Origin: a virus
DNA: 35,858 nucleotides
Direction: 5' to 3' (one strand)
IMG/VR virus record: IMGVR_UViG_3300005893_000001
Coordinates: 1 to 35,858 of that record
Numbering within the stretch: position 1 is the first letter of the stretch; each line of letters opens with the position of its first letter. The notes below the pieces were generated by a model that saw nothing but the letters and a program-made list of their open reading frames with translations, was not told the origin of the DNA and did not search any database. Below are positions 1 through 7,916 of the stretch, in pieces. Both the position numbers and the translations under genes were made by a program.

Positions 1-80
1 CCCCCCAAACAAAAACAAGAGGCTCAAAAACCTTTATTTCAGAGACTCGCCCTCCATTTTCCATAGTGCAGAAAAAAAAA
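1..80. repeat. Direct terminal repeat, left copy (identical to 35779..35858)
   Basis: Read directly: nt 1-80 (CCCCCCAAACAAAAACAAGAGG...GTGCAGAAAAAAAAA) equal the last 80 nt of the window. Indicates a complete genome with terminal redundancy or an assembler circular overlap. Confidence 0.95.
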
Positions 81-94
81 GCTAGCGGGAAATT

Positions 95-118
95 GAGGCC
101 GAGATTACTCTCGACCTC
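95..118. other. Stem-loop in left-end noncoding region (10-bp stem, one mismatch, TTAC loop)
   Basis: GAGGCCGAGA-TTAC-TCTCGACCTC read directly. Function unknown. Confidence 0.5.
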
Positions 119-161
119 TATAGGCTTAAATTCTTTAGTTATGAGTTTAGGCTAAATAGAA

Positions 162-198
162 AAACCGATTCGAGTCGCAAGCTCATATGAATCGGTTT
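162..198 (-). terminator. Strong stem-loop; terminator-like only when read on the minus strand
   Basis: AAACCGATTC (162-171) pairs with GAATCGGTTT (189-198), with an inner GAG/CTC extension. On the minus strand it is followed by TTTTCTATTT; on the plus strand there is no T-run. No minus-strand gene lies upstream of it, so the role is unclear. Confidence 0.35.
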
Positions 199-213
199 AG
201 GGACAGTACAGTT

Positions 214-243
214 ATGTGATCCGAATATAACAATAGATCACAT
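214..243. promoter_or_regulatory. Inverted repeat ATGTGATC-N14-GATCACAT upstream of the replication-initiator gene (candidate operator)
   Basis: Perfect 8-bp arms read directly, about 50 nt upstream of the ATG at 295. Confidence 0.4.
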
Positions 244-294
244 TTTCTGTCTACCGTCTCCTGCAAGAAAAACAACTTTTGTCAAAGGAGCCGT

Positions 295-1203
295 ATGGCT
301 AACGCAACTTCACACAGCTTCAACGTAGACTTAGCAACAAAGTACGGCGTTCACGAAGCCATAATTCTTAATCATATCATGCACTGGATCGCTTTTAACG
401 AACGGGCGAAGAAGAACTTTCATGAAGGAAAGTATTGGATGTATGAAACGCTGAAGGATATGGCAAATCATTTCCCCTATTTCTCTTTTAAGCAAGTTCG
501 TACGGCTTTGGACAACCTAGTTAAGAAAGGGGCAATCATCAAAAGCAACTTCAGTAAAAATAAATTTGACGTGACTATCTGGTATGCCCTAGAGGACAAA
601 TGCATTTTACCAAATGGGCAAATCCCATTTGCCCAAATGGGCAAATGTATAAATAAGGAAACAGATACTGAAACAGATACAGAAAAGAAAAGAACAGCGA
701 AGGCGGAAGCTGGCGCTTCCGTGTCGGACGCTGCGCGCCGACTTGTTAATATTTTTATTGAAAAAATCAAAGAGCGAGACCCGAATTTCAAGGAACCCAA
801 CCTCAAGAAGTGGGCTCTCGTCTTTGACCGTATGCATCGCATAGACGGAAGAAGCTATGAAGAGATCGAAAAGCTCCTCCTCTTCTCTCAAGGCCATGAG
901 TTCTGGTCGGGCGTAATCCTAAGCCCCGAATCGTTCCGCAAAGCTACAAGCAAGCTATTTATGCAATACAACGCCGCCATTGCCAAAACTCAACCCGAAA
1001 CGCGTAAAGAGTCCAAGTGGAAAGAAAACGCAGCCTACGCCAAGGAAATGGCCTCCCTTGACGAAGACAGAATTTTCGTAGACGAAACCACTATAACCAT
1101 CGTAATCAATCGAAACAGAAAGGAAAACTGCGTTATCCCCTTCAACGAGGAAGGATTCCACGAACAGCTAGGCTCTGCTCTTAGAAAGGCTGGTATCATA
1201 TGA
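295..1203 (+). CDS. Replication initiator / replisome-organizer-like winged-helix protein
   Basis: AAGGAG just upstream of the ATG. N-terminal segment HEAIILNHIMHWIAFNERAKKNFHEGKYWMYETLKDMANHFPYFSFKQVRTALDNLVKKGAII matches the winged-helix pattern common to phage replication-initiator N-domains. A low-complexity linker carries iteron-like DNA repeats. Confidence 0.6.
   Translation: MANATSHSFNVDLATKYGVHEAIILNHIMHWIAFNERAKKNFHEGKYWMYETLKDMANHFPYFSFKQVRTALDNLVKKGAIIKSNFSKNKFDVTIWYALEDKCILPNGQIPFAQMGKCINKETDTETDTEKKRTAKAEAGASVSDAARRLVNIFIEKIKERDPNFKEPNLKKWALVFDRMHRIDGRSYEEIEKLLLFSQGHEFWSGVILSPESFRKATSKLFMQYNAAIAKTQPETRKESKWKENAAYAKEMASLDEDRIFVDETTITIVINRNRKENCVIPFNEEGFHEQLGSALRKAGII
610..680. 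repeat. Iteron-like repeat cluster inside the initiator gene (candidate ori)
   Basis: CCAAATGGGCAAAT at 610-623 and 633-646. Palindrome GGGCAAAT-CCC-ATTTGCCC at 616-634. GAAACAGATAC at 658-668 and 670-680, followed by an A-rich stretch. All lie in the linker-coding part of the gene (ETDTETDTEKK). Confidence 0.55.
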
Positions 1204-1532
1204 ACGAGAAAGCCGAATCAATCCCAATTCTCAAAGAACCTCACCCTCTCTATTACCACTTTCTAAAATTCAAAAAGAAAATTTTTGAAAATGAGCAAAT
1301 ACCTGTTTCTAAAGATTTTAACCTCTATGTCAACCCTCATCATTTGGACTTTCAAGTCAAAAAAGGCCATGGAGATGTACGCTCTTATGATGATCCTCAA
1401 TTAGCTGATCTTGTCTGGTGCTTCGTATATCTAATTAATGAATATTCTACGTATGATAACTATCATTATCATTTAATGAATGATTTTTATAAGTTTTATA
1501 AACCACAAAGAAGCACATATAAAAGATATTGA
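1200..1532 (+). CDS. Hypothetical protein (110 aa)
   Basis: ATGA start/stop overlap with the upstream gene (translational coupling). No recognisable motif. Confidence 0.55.
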   Translation: MNEKAESIPILKEPHPLYYHFLKFKKKIFENEQIPVSKDFNLYVNPHHLDFQVKKGHGDVRSYDDPQLADLVWCFVYLINEYSTYDNYHYHLMNDFYKFYKPQRSTYKRY

Positions 1533-1592
1533 CCCAAATACCACCCTCGCTTAACATCCAATTGCCAACTGAATCTAGCTGGTGTAACGTTT

Positions 1593-1617
1593 GGGGGGAC
1601 TGTATGCCCCCCTATTT
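1593..1617 (+). terminator. GC stem-loop after the replication genes (weak T tail)
   Basis: GGGGGG-ACTGTATG-CCCCCC followed by TATTT. Confidence 0.45.
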
Positions 1618-1626
1618 AGGTTCCAT

Positions 1627-1776
1627 ATGCCAATCAAAAAAGGCTCCTCTAAGAAGACAATAAGCAGCAACGTCAGCAAGCTTTCGAAAGAAGGGTACCC
1701 CCAAAAGCAAGCGATCGCAATCGCTCTCAGCTCCGCAGGTAAAAGTAAGAAAAAAAGAAGTCCAAAGAAACGTTGA
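1627..1776 (+). CDS. Small basic protein (49 aa), DUF6496-like
   Basis: From the internal ATG of ORF 1591..1776: [49 protein letters not shown]. The [11 protein letters not shown] core resembles a widespread small basic protein family (recalled from memory). Weak SD. Its 3' end overlaps the convergent XRE gene by 50 nt. Confidence 0.45.
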   Translation: MPIKKGSSKKTISSNVSKLSKEGYPQKQAIAIALSSAGKSKKKRSPKKR

Positions 1777-1963
1777 AAACGTAGGCCAGTTGCCGCCTCT
1801 CCTTATCCGTCGGAAGCTCGTCGCCACGCTCTAGACACTGATAGCGGTACATAGTCATATGCGCCCTCCTAGCAGTCTCCCTCTGCGTCAAATTCATCTG
1901 CTCTCTGAATCGCTGCAACTGCTTAGAAAAATGTGTGACTTTACGTATGTGAGGTTTCCCCAT
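1727..1963 (-). CDS. XRE/Cro-type helix-turn-helix transcriptional regulator
   Basis: [50 protein letters not shown] is a typical XRE HTH layout. Confidence 0.7.
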   Translation of the reverse strand: MGKPHIRKVTHFSKQLQRFREQMNLTQRETARRAHMTMYRYQCLERGDELPTDKERRQLAYVFNVSLDFFFSYFYLRS

Positions 1964-2264
1964 CGACTTGGGAAACTATTTTAATCGGCACAGCGTTTAA
2001 ATCAAGCTCGTCCACAAATTGAGACAAAAGGTCGAAGTCCAATGCGGGGAAATCAACCTCTCGATTTACCCAAATCGGCTCTCCCTCTATCTCCAGAGGC
2101 TTCTTGATCGCATAGTACAGCAAATTCCCCCGCCGATCCTCCTCCGTCACGCTGTAATAAAGAGCCCCATTCGGTACCGTCGCCGTAAACTCGAGAGTCC
2201 GTTTAGAATTATCATTTAACATTATCTCCATGCTATGCTTTAAGTGCTTAAGTATCATGGTCAT
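1941..2264 (-). CDS. Hypothetical protein (107 aa)
   Basis: Long ORF co-oriented with and overlapping the XRE gene start. No motif recognised. Confidence 0.5.
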   Translation of the reverse strand: MTMILKHLKHSMEIMLNDNSKRTLEFTATVPNGALYYSVTEEDRRGNLLYYAIKKPLEIEGEPIWVNREVDFPALDFDLLSQFVDELDLNAVPIKIVSQVDGETSHT

Positions 2265-2354
2265 TCATTTACCCATTAATTTCTTGAGTGTGGATTGTTC
2301 TATAAGTGTTCTATGTATTTAATTTTTTAATGGCTTTCTCTAACGATTTACCGA

Positions 2355-2600
2355 TTAAACCCCCACCAATGTTTTTGCTTGTTTTGTTGATTCAAACGTA
2401 TTGATGGTTACCCATGGCCCATACGCAATCAAAATATCTCCTTCGTCCTTAGCTTTTGTTGTGGCTAGGCGAGCATGCCCTTTGAATCGTGGATATTTAG
2501 AAATAAACTGTTTGTATGCATCATTAGCGTCTGAAAACCATGAGCTAAACACGTATTTTTCTGCTGCTGTATAGCCTGTGATTGAGAAAATTGTCTTCAT
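2355..2600 (-). CDS. Hypothetical protein (81 aa), first gene of the leftward operon
   Basis: Preceded by the conserved leader ATAACAAAAACAAGGAGAC (SD AAGGAG) also found at 28.4 kb and 19.1 kb. Confidence 0.6.
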   Translation of the reverse strand: MKTIFSITGYTAAEKYVFSSWFSDANDAYKQFISKYPRFKGHARLATTKAKDEGDILIAYGPWVTINTFESTKQAKTLVGV

Positions 2601-2659
2601 TTTAGTCTCCTTGTTTTTGTTATGGATTTAGCATAACAGAATTCGGCAATATCGCACAA
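2601..2659 (-). promoter_or_regulatory. Conserved promoter/operator/leader module, copy A
   Basis: Read on the minus strand: -35 TTGTGC (2654-2659), 18-nt spacer, TG-extended -10 TATGCT (2630-2635). Inverted repeat GTTAT-N9-ATAAC (2619-2637) spans the -10 and predicted +1. Leader is ATAACAAAAACAAGGAGAC then ATG. Confidence 0.55.
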
Positions 2660-2672
2660 CAGGAAAAAATCA

Positions 2673-2701
2673 TAGACCGTGAAAAAAAATAACATTATAT
2701 A
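2673..2701 (+). promoter_or_regulatory. Candidate rightward promoter giving a leaderless rusA mRNA
   Basis: TAGACC (2673-2678), 17 nt, TATATA (2696-2701). The ATG at 2709 is 7 nt downstream and has no SD. Confidence 0.35.
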
Positions 2702-2708
2702 TATAGAT

Positions 2709-3158
2709 ATGGTTGAAATCGTCCTACACAGGAAACCAGTTGCATTAAAACGCCCCCGTTTCGTAAGAAGGGGAATCGGCGTCGATGTAATCAATTCACA
2801 AAAGCAGCAGATGAACGCGGACTATTGGGACATTCGGGAACAATATATAGATCCCCCATTATCGGGGGCGCTAGACGTTGACCTAGAGTTTGTATTCGCC
2901 TCTAAAAAAGCAGGTCCGCGAACGGAACGCCCCGATATAGACAACCTAGTGAAATACATTCTAGACGTTGCAAATGGCCTCTTGTGGACAGATGACTCGA
3001 TCGTAGTTAAACTATCAGCAACAAAATTCAATGGTAAACACAATCAGATAACGATCAAAGTAAGGGAAATTGACCATGAGCGAAGCACCACGCCGCCCGG
3101 GACGGCCAAAGAAAGAGGAAGCCCAACCAGAAAAAAGACGAATGGGCCGCCCTCCTAA
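2709..3158 (+). CDS. rusA: RusA-family Holliday-junction resolvase
   Basis: RPDIDNLVKYILDVANGLLWTDDSIVVKLSATK matches the RusA catalytic DxDN...DD pattern. An alternative GTG start lies at 2679. The C-terminal tail overlaps the next gene. Confidence 0.8.
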   Translation: MVEIVLHRKPVALKRPRFVRRGIGVDVINSQKQQMNADYWDIREQYIDPPLSGALDVDLEFVFASKKAGPRTERPDIDNLVKYILDVANGLLWTDDSIVVKLSATKFNGKHNQITIKVREIDHERSTTPPGTAKERGSPTRKKTNGPPS

Positions 3159-3627
3159 AAATGATCCTATGTACATGAATCACAAAGAGCGGCACCAAAT
3201 GTTTGCTGACACGTCGAAGTGTTGGAAGCTCACGGAAGAATACGCGCTAGAAGTCTGTGAAAAAATGTTTCACATGATTATGACGGATGAAAGCATACTC
3301 GATATCAAAGAAATGCTCACGCGCCAGTGTCTTCCGCAATCCTCATATCTCAAGCTCAGAGAAAATTTCAAGGTGGCCTCTGATTTCCATAGTCTTGCTA
3401 AAACGATCATTGGGGCTAGGCGTGAGAAGCTTGCGCTTCACGGCAAAATTGATAGCACTATTGTAGGCAGAACGTTGCAGCATTTTGACGCGGATTATCT
3501 TGCAACCGAGATGTCAATCAAGAAGACAGCTTCCGAGCAGTCCGCCGAGTTCATCCAGCAGATGGGCGAGTTTATCCAGAAGATTCAAGCGAGCACAAAC
3601 AACAAGTTGCCCTATAAGAAAAAATGA
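3070..3627 (+). CDS. Putative terminase small subunit
   Basis: Immediately upstream of, and ATGA-coupled to, the large terminase. N-terminus has AT-hook-like basic motifs (RRPGRPKK, MGRPPK). Confidence 0.55.
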   Translation: MTMSEAPRRPGRPKKEEAQPEKRRMGRPPKNDPMYMNHKERHQMFADTSKCWKLTEEYALEVCEKMFHMIMTDESILDIKEMLTRQCLPQSSYLKLRENFKVASDFHSLAKTIIGARREKLALHGKIDSTIVGRTLQHFDADYLATEMSIKKTASEQSAEFIQQMGEFIQKIQASTNNKLPYKKK

Positions 3628-5099
3628 CGGACATTTCCTCTCTTCTTGATGACCCTCTTGTTAGGCTGGAAAACCTATATCGCATCGTCGATAAAAACGG
3701 AAAACTCATAGATTTTCGTCTCAATTGGGCGCAGCGAGAGCTTTACCACGAGATGCACAACCGCAATTGCGTGCTCAAAGCTAGACAGCTTGGAATATCG
3801 ACGTTCTATTGCCTCGTCTTGCTTGACCTTGCGCTGTTCACGCCCAACCAGACGATAGGAATCATCTCTCACTCTCTAGAGGGTGCGCAGCATCTATTCA
3901 AACGCGTCATACACGCAGCCTATGAAGGATTGCCCGAGCCGATAAAGGCTCTCTGTCCCGTGGTGAATATGTCCGCTAGAGAGATCTCATTTACCAACGG
4001 CTCCTCTATTCGTTGCGATACCACCATGCGAGGGGGAACGCTTTCCGCTCTCATGATCTCAGAGCTTGGGCCGATTTGCGCAAGGTACCCTGCAAAGGCG
4101 CAGGAGATCATTACGGGCTCTTTGAACGCACTACCTACCGATGCACTCTGCATCATTGAAAGCACGGCTGAGGGCGTTGGAAACGCGTTCCATACGATCT
4201 GCAAGCAGGCTCAGAAGAAGACGCAAAACCTATCCCCTCTCGACTTCAAGTTTTTCTTCCTTCCATGGCACAAGCACCCCGACTATTTCCTAGATTACCA
4301 CATCATTATACCGCGCTATCTCGATGAGTATTTCAGATCGCTAGAATCTCTAGGCGTTCACCTAACCGAATCGCAGAAATACTGGTATGTCAATCAATGG
4401 ACAATTTTGGGCGAGTCGATGCGCTCAGAGTATCCTTCGTTTCCCGATGAGGCGTTTGAAGTTTCATCTATAGCTAACTTCTACACGAAAGAGCTGATGG
4501 ATATCGAGAAAAACCGCTATACGCACGTTCCCTATCAGAAGCATTTGCCTTGCTACATAAGTTTAGATATCGGCGTTCATACGGCAGCGTGGATTTATCA
4601 AGTTCTACCCTCTGGACAGATCCACGTTCTCGATCACTTTTTCGACGTAGGCAGCTCATTCGACGAGATCGTTCGGCAGATCAAGAACTTACCCTATATC
4701 ATTGAGAAATGGTATTTGCCTCACGATGCAGACTCAAGGCAGCCGGGAGGCGGAAAGACCTACCTGCAGCTTCTGCAAGCATTTGGACTCAATTGTGTAG
4801 TTCTTCCCCGTGAGTCTATCGACATAGGAATAAACCGAGTCCGTCAATGTCTATCGCGCTGCTACTTTGACTCGACTCACACGGCAGACGGATTTGAGCA
4901 TCTGAAGCAGTACAAGAGGAAATACAATGCTCGTTTGGGAATGTACGGAAGCGAGCCCGAACATGATTTTTATAGTCATAGCGCAGATTCGTTACGTTAT
5001 GGAATTCTTGCAACAGAACTCTACGCCGACTCGACCAAAAAGAATACCGCTTTAGACCACCAAAACCTAAAAGCGATGGCTCGTCATTTAAAGTTTTAA
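3624..5099 (+). CDS. terL: Terminase large subunit
   Basis: RLNWAQRELYHEMHNRNCVLKARQLGISTF (ATPase N-domain pattern of podovirus-type terminases) and a C-terminal nuclease-like LPHDADSRQ. 491 aa, followed by the portal. Confidence 0.9.
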   Translation: MTDISSLLDDPLVRLENLYRIVDKNGKLIDFRLNWAQRELYHEMHNRNCVLKARQLGISTFYCLVLLDLALFTPNQTIGIISHSLEGAQHLFKRVIHAAYEGLPEPIKALCPVVNMSAREISFTNGSSIRCDTTMRGGTLSALMISELGPICARYPAKAQEIITGSLNALPTDALCIIESTAEGVGNAFHTICKQAQKKTQNLSPLDFKFFFLPWHKHPDYFLDYHIIIPRYLDEYFRSLESLGVHLTESQKYWYVNQWTILGESMRSEYPSFPDEAFEVSSIANFYTKELMDIEKNRYTHVPYQKHLPCYISLDIGVHTAAWIYQVLPSGQIHVLDHFFDVGSSFDEIVRQIKNLPYIIEKWYLPHDADSRQPGGGKTYLQLLQAFGLNCVVLPRESIDIGINRVRQCLSRCYFDSTHTADGFEHLKQYKRKYNARLGMYGSEPEHDFYSHSADSLRYGILATELYADSTKKNTALDHQNLKAMARHLKF

Positions 5100-5141
5100 G
5101 TAAGTGTTGCTTAAAAATTTAAGTAAAGCTAACTTTAGCTC

Positions 5142-5372
5142 ATGAACTTCTTGAAACGCTCCCCCGACGCTGAACTAATCCGCATTGTCAATACGCTTTC
5201 AGAGATGGAAGCATCCGCAGAAATTAAAGAGTGGACTCCTGCACGTTGCCGCATCGTCCATGGCCTTTGCAAGATGATCGTCGATCTCTCGTTAGACATC
5301 CGAGATAAAACGGCAGGTCATTTCAAAATGCTCGACGATGATTGCTGTTTTGGGACAACAGATGTGGATTAA
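5142..5372 (+). CDS. Hypothetical protein (76 aa)
   Basis: ORF in the operon context between terminase and portal. No motif. Confidence 0.45.
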   Translation: MNFLKRSPDAELIRIVNTLSEMEASAEIKEWTPARCRIVHGLCKMIVDLSLDIRDKTAGHFKMLDDDCCFGTTDVD

Positions 5373-5598
5373 ATTATTTGATATACTACCAGCTCACAAT
5401 CAAATCTGTCTCGTAACGGCTCGTAAACCCAACGGCGAATACTACGTACCTCAACGCGCCCAATACTCAGAAGTTACGCAAATGTTTCATGCTCTAGATC
5501 TTACGGAAGGGTATCCCCTTTATGTGACGGACTGGATGCAAGTTATTGAGGTTCCAACTCACCACAAAAAAACATTTTGCCCAGAAATAGCAAATTAA
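5338..5598 (+). CDS. DUF551-like small protein
   Basis: MWIKLFDILPAHNQICLVTARK...LYVTDWMQVIEVP fits the W..LP ... WM..P pattern of DUF551 phage proteins. The likely true start is the ATG at 5362. Confidence 0.5.
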   Translation: MIAVLGQQMWIKLFDILPAHNQICLVTARKPNGEYYVPQRAQYSEVTQMFHALDLTEGYPLYVTDWMQVIEVPTHHKKTFCPEIAN

Positions 5599-5623
5599 AT
5601 TACTAAATGGTATTTTAGCGGAA

Positions 5624-7702
5624 ATGGCGAGCGAAGACGAAGTCAAGCAAGATTATAACAAATTTTGGATCTATGCAAAATCCGCATGGTCGCTCATGTG
5701 GGAACGTCAATCAGTTGCACTTCGTGCTTACGCTGGTGAGTCATGGCGCTTCGACGAGCAAACGAAGTTCCGCCAGCAGGGCAGGGACTCTCTCGAGTTC
5801 AACATTCTCCGCCCTCACATCAACATGTTTTCCGGCTACGCCCGCGATAACATCAAGTCGACGATCATCGGCCCACAGGAGCCCCAAGACCAGCAAGCAG
5901 CCGACGATCTAACAGGAGTCATGCAATGGGTCTACGAGAAAGGCGATGCGCGGAATCGCCTCCTAAACGGGTTTGACGATGCGCTCAAATCGGCGATCTC
6001 TCTCGTTGGCTTTTCGATGGACTACACGAAAGACATGGCGAATGGTGACTTTCAGTTTTGGAAGCGGTCATATAATTCATTTTGCCTAGATCCCAACTTT
6101 ACCGACCCATCACTAGCCGACTGTTCGGAAATTCTCATGCGTGACTTTGTGACACGCGACCAAGCGAAGATGCTTCTTCCGATGGTTGACCCAAAGGTGA
6201 TTGATGACGTTCCCTCCTACGTTGCCGATGACAAGTTTGTACTCCTTCGTCCCCGCAACATGCTTTGGCAAACCCGCAATCTCCTCTCATTCGATAGCTA
6301 CTATCGCCAGACAACCAAGCGCGTCAAAGTCCTAATCGATGAAGACACAGGCGAAGCGCGTGAGATGCGCGACTCTAAGATTGACATCGAAGGCCTAGAG
6401 CAGTTCTTGAAAGAGCAGTACGCAGCGACAGGGCAGCGCTTTAAAGTTGTAGAGCGCAGCAAGCCGACCATCGAGAAAAATATCATCCTTTCGGGCGTTG
6501 TAGTCTATTCGGGGCCAGATCCCACAGGGCTAGACGAGTATCCATTCGTCCCGATCATGTGCTACTTTGAGCCTCAGCTAGACGATTTCGCGATTAAGCT
6601 CACCTCTATGGGCTGGTCGCTACTCGACGCTCAGAGGACATTCAACAAGCGCCAGATGCGAAACATCGACATGATGGATCGCCTCATTACGTCCGGTTTT
6701 GCGTTTAAGCCGTCTAAGCTCATCGACACGAAAGACCTGCTTTCAAGCGGATTCCAGCTCATCGGTATGACTGATGACGCAGAGTTTGGCCGTGACGTTG
6801 TTCCCCTCTCTCAAGGAACGCTTCCCGGCGGATGGCTTGAGTTTACCGCAGAGATCCCCGGCCTAATGACACGCATTGCAGGCGCTAACGAAACGTTATT
6901 TGGTCAAGACGAAGGCGGAAATACCCAAGTATCCGGACGTCTTGCTCAAGTGAGAGCAGCTAACGGTCTACGTGCAAACCGCGCTCTATTTGACCAGTTC
7001 GAACAAGCGCAGATGTGGCTTGGAAACAAAGTCATGAAGGCGATTCAGCTAAACTTCGATGAGCGCAAATTTGCCAAGATCCTTGGAAGACAGCCAGACC
7101 CATCAGTATTTGACGTGTCGATGGATCGCTACAACACAGTCATTAAGCAAGACGTTTTGAGCCAGACTCAGAAAGATGCGTACTACTTCGAGCTTCTCCG
7201 TCTCGTTGAAATCCTTGGGCCTTCACCACCTATTAATGAAGCCTTAATAGAAGCACTTCCAATGAACGATAAGAGCGACCTTCTCAAGAAGATGGCCGCT
7301 TACCAGCAGCAACAACAGCAGCAGGCTCAAGTTCAGCAGCAAGACCAAGACCGTCTTCGCGAGCTGCAAGAGTCGCAGATAGAACAGAACTTAAGCTTAG
7401 CTCAAGAGAGACGCGCACGCGTTCTTGCCGACATAGGACTTGCAAGAGAGCGCCTATCTCAAGTAGATGCAGATAGAGCTAAAGCACAGCTAGATAGGGT
7501 GAAAGCCCTCGCAGAACTTCAAAAGCTCTCTGATGATAGGTTGATTGAACTCGTTATGTTTGCAAGGTCTTTAACGGCCGAAGCAGAGGTAAAGGATGAA
7601 GCGACACTTCTCAGAGATCTCGAGAAAGAAAAACAAATGGCCGTACAAAGCGGCCAATTAAAAAATGAGGTGAACAATGGCCAAATCATACAAGGGCAAT
7701 GA
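5624..7702 (+). CDS. Portal protein
   Basis: 692 aa in the canonical position after the terminase. Long C-terminal coiled coil with a polyQ run (YQQQQQQQAQVQQQDQDRLRELQES...) reminiscent of the barrel helix of P22-type portals. Confidence 0.8.
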   Translation: MASEDEVKQDYNKFWIYAKSAWSLMWERQSVALRAYAGESWRFDEQTKFRQQGRDSLEFNILRPHINMFSGYARDNIKSTIIGPQEPQDQQAADDLTGVMQWVYEKGDARNRLLNGFDDALKSAISLVGFSMDYTKDMANGDFQFWKRSYNSFCLDPNFTDPSLADCSEILMRDFVTRDQAKMLLPMVDPKVIDDVPSYVADDKFVLLRPRNMLWQTRNLLSFDSYYRQTTKRVKVLIDEDTGEAREMRDSKIDIEGLEQFLKEQYAATGQRFKVVERSKPTIEKNIILSGVVVYSGPDPTGLDEYPFVPIMCYFEPQLDDFAIKLTSMGWSLLDAQRTFNKRQMRNIDMMDRLITSGFAFKPSKLIDTKDLLSSGFQLIGMTDDAEFGRDVVPLSQGTLPGGWLEFTAEIPGLMTRIAGANETLFGQDEGGNTQVSGRLAQVRAANGLRANRALFDQFEQAQMWLGNKVMKAIQLNFDERKFAKILGRQPDPSVFDVSMDRYNTVIKQDVLSQTQKDAYYFELLRLVEILGPSPPINEALIEALPMNDKSDLLKKMAAYQQQQQQQAQVQQQDQDRLRELQESQIEQNLSLAQERRARVLADIGLARERLSQVDADRAKAQLDRVKALAELQKLSDDRLIELVMFARSLTAEAEVKDEATLLRDLEKEKQMAVQSGQLKNEVNNGQIIQGQ

Positions 7703-7916
7703 TGTTCGCAGCGCAGGCAAAGGCTACGGGGATCAAAACCCGGGCTATGCTCGCGGTATGTACTCTGTAAAATCAACAGAGTCTCCCGCACCAGTACCAA
7801 TGAAAGGTTCTCAGTTGAACCTCTCCTCTCCGGTACAAGGACGCGATGCGGCTAAAGTAAAAGGAATGGGAAAGGTAGAAAGCAAACGTGAAGACCTCCG
7901 CGGGATGGCAAGCTAA
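7677..7916 (+). CDS. Hypothetical protein (79 aa)
   Basis: ATG overlaps the portal 3' end. G/K/S-rich. Confidence 0.4.
   Translation: MAKSYKGNDVRSAGKGYGDQNPGYARGMYSVKSTESPAPVPMKGSQLNLSSPVQGRDAAKVKGMGKVESKREDLRGMAS

Noticed and set aside
1-80. The 80-nt terminal repeats as ends of an integrated mobile element or prophage att sites
   Set aside because: The repeats sit exactly at the two ends of the window with no flanking host sequence, and no integrase or transposase is present. Terminal redundancy or circular closure of a complete phage genome explains them.
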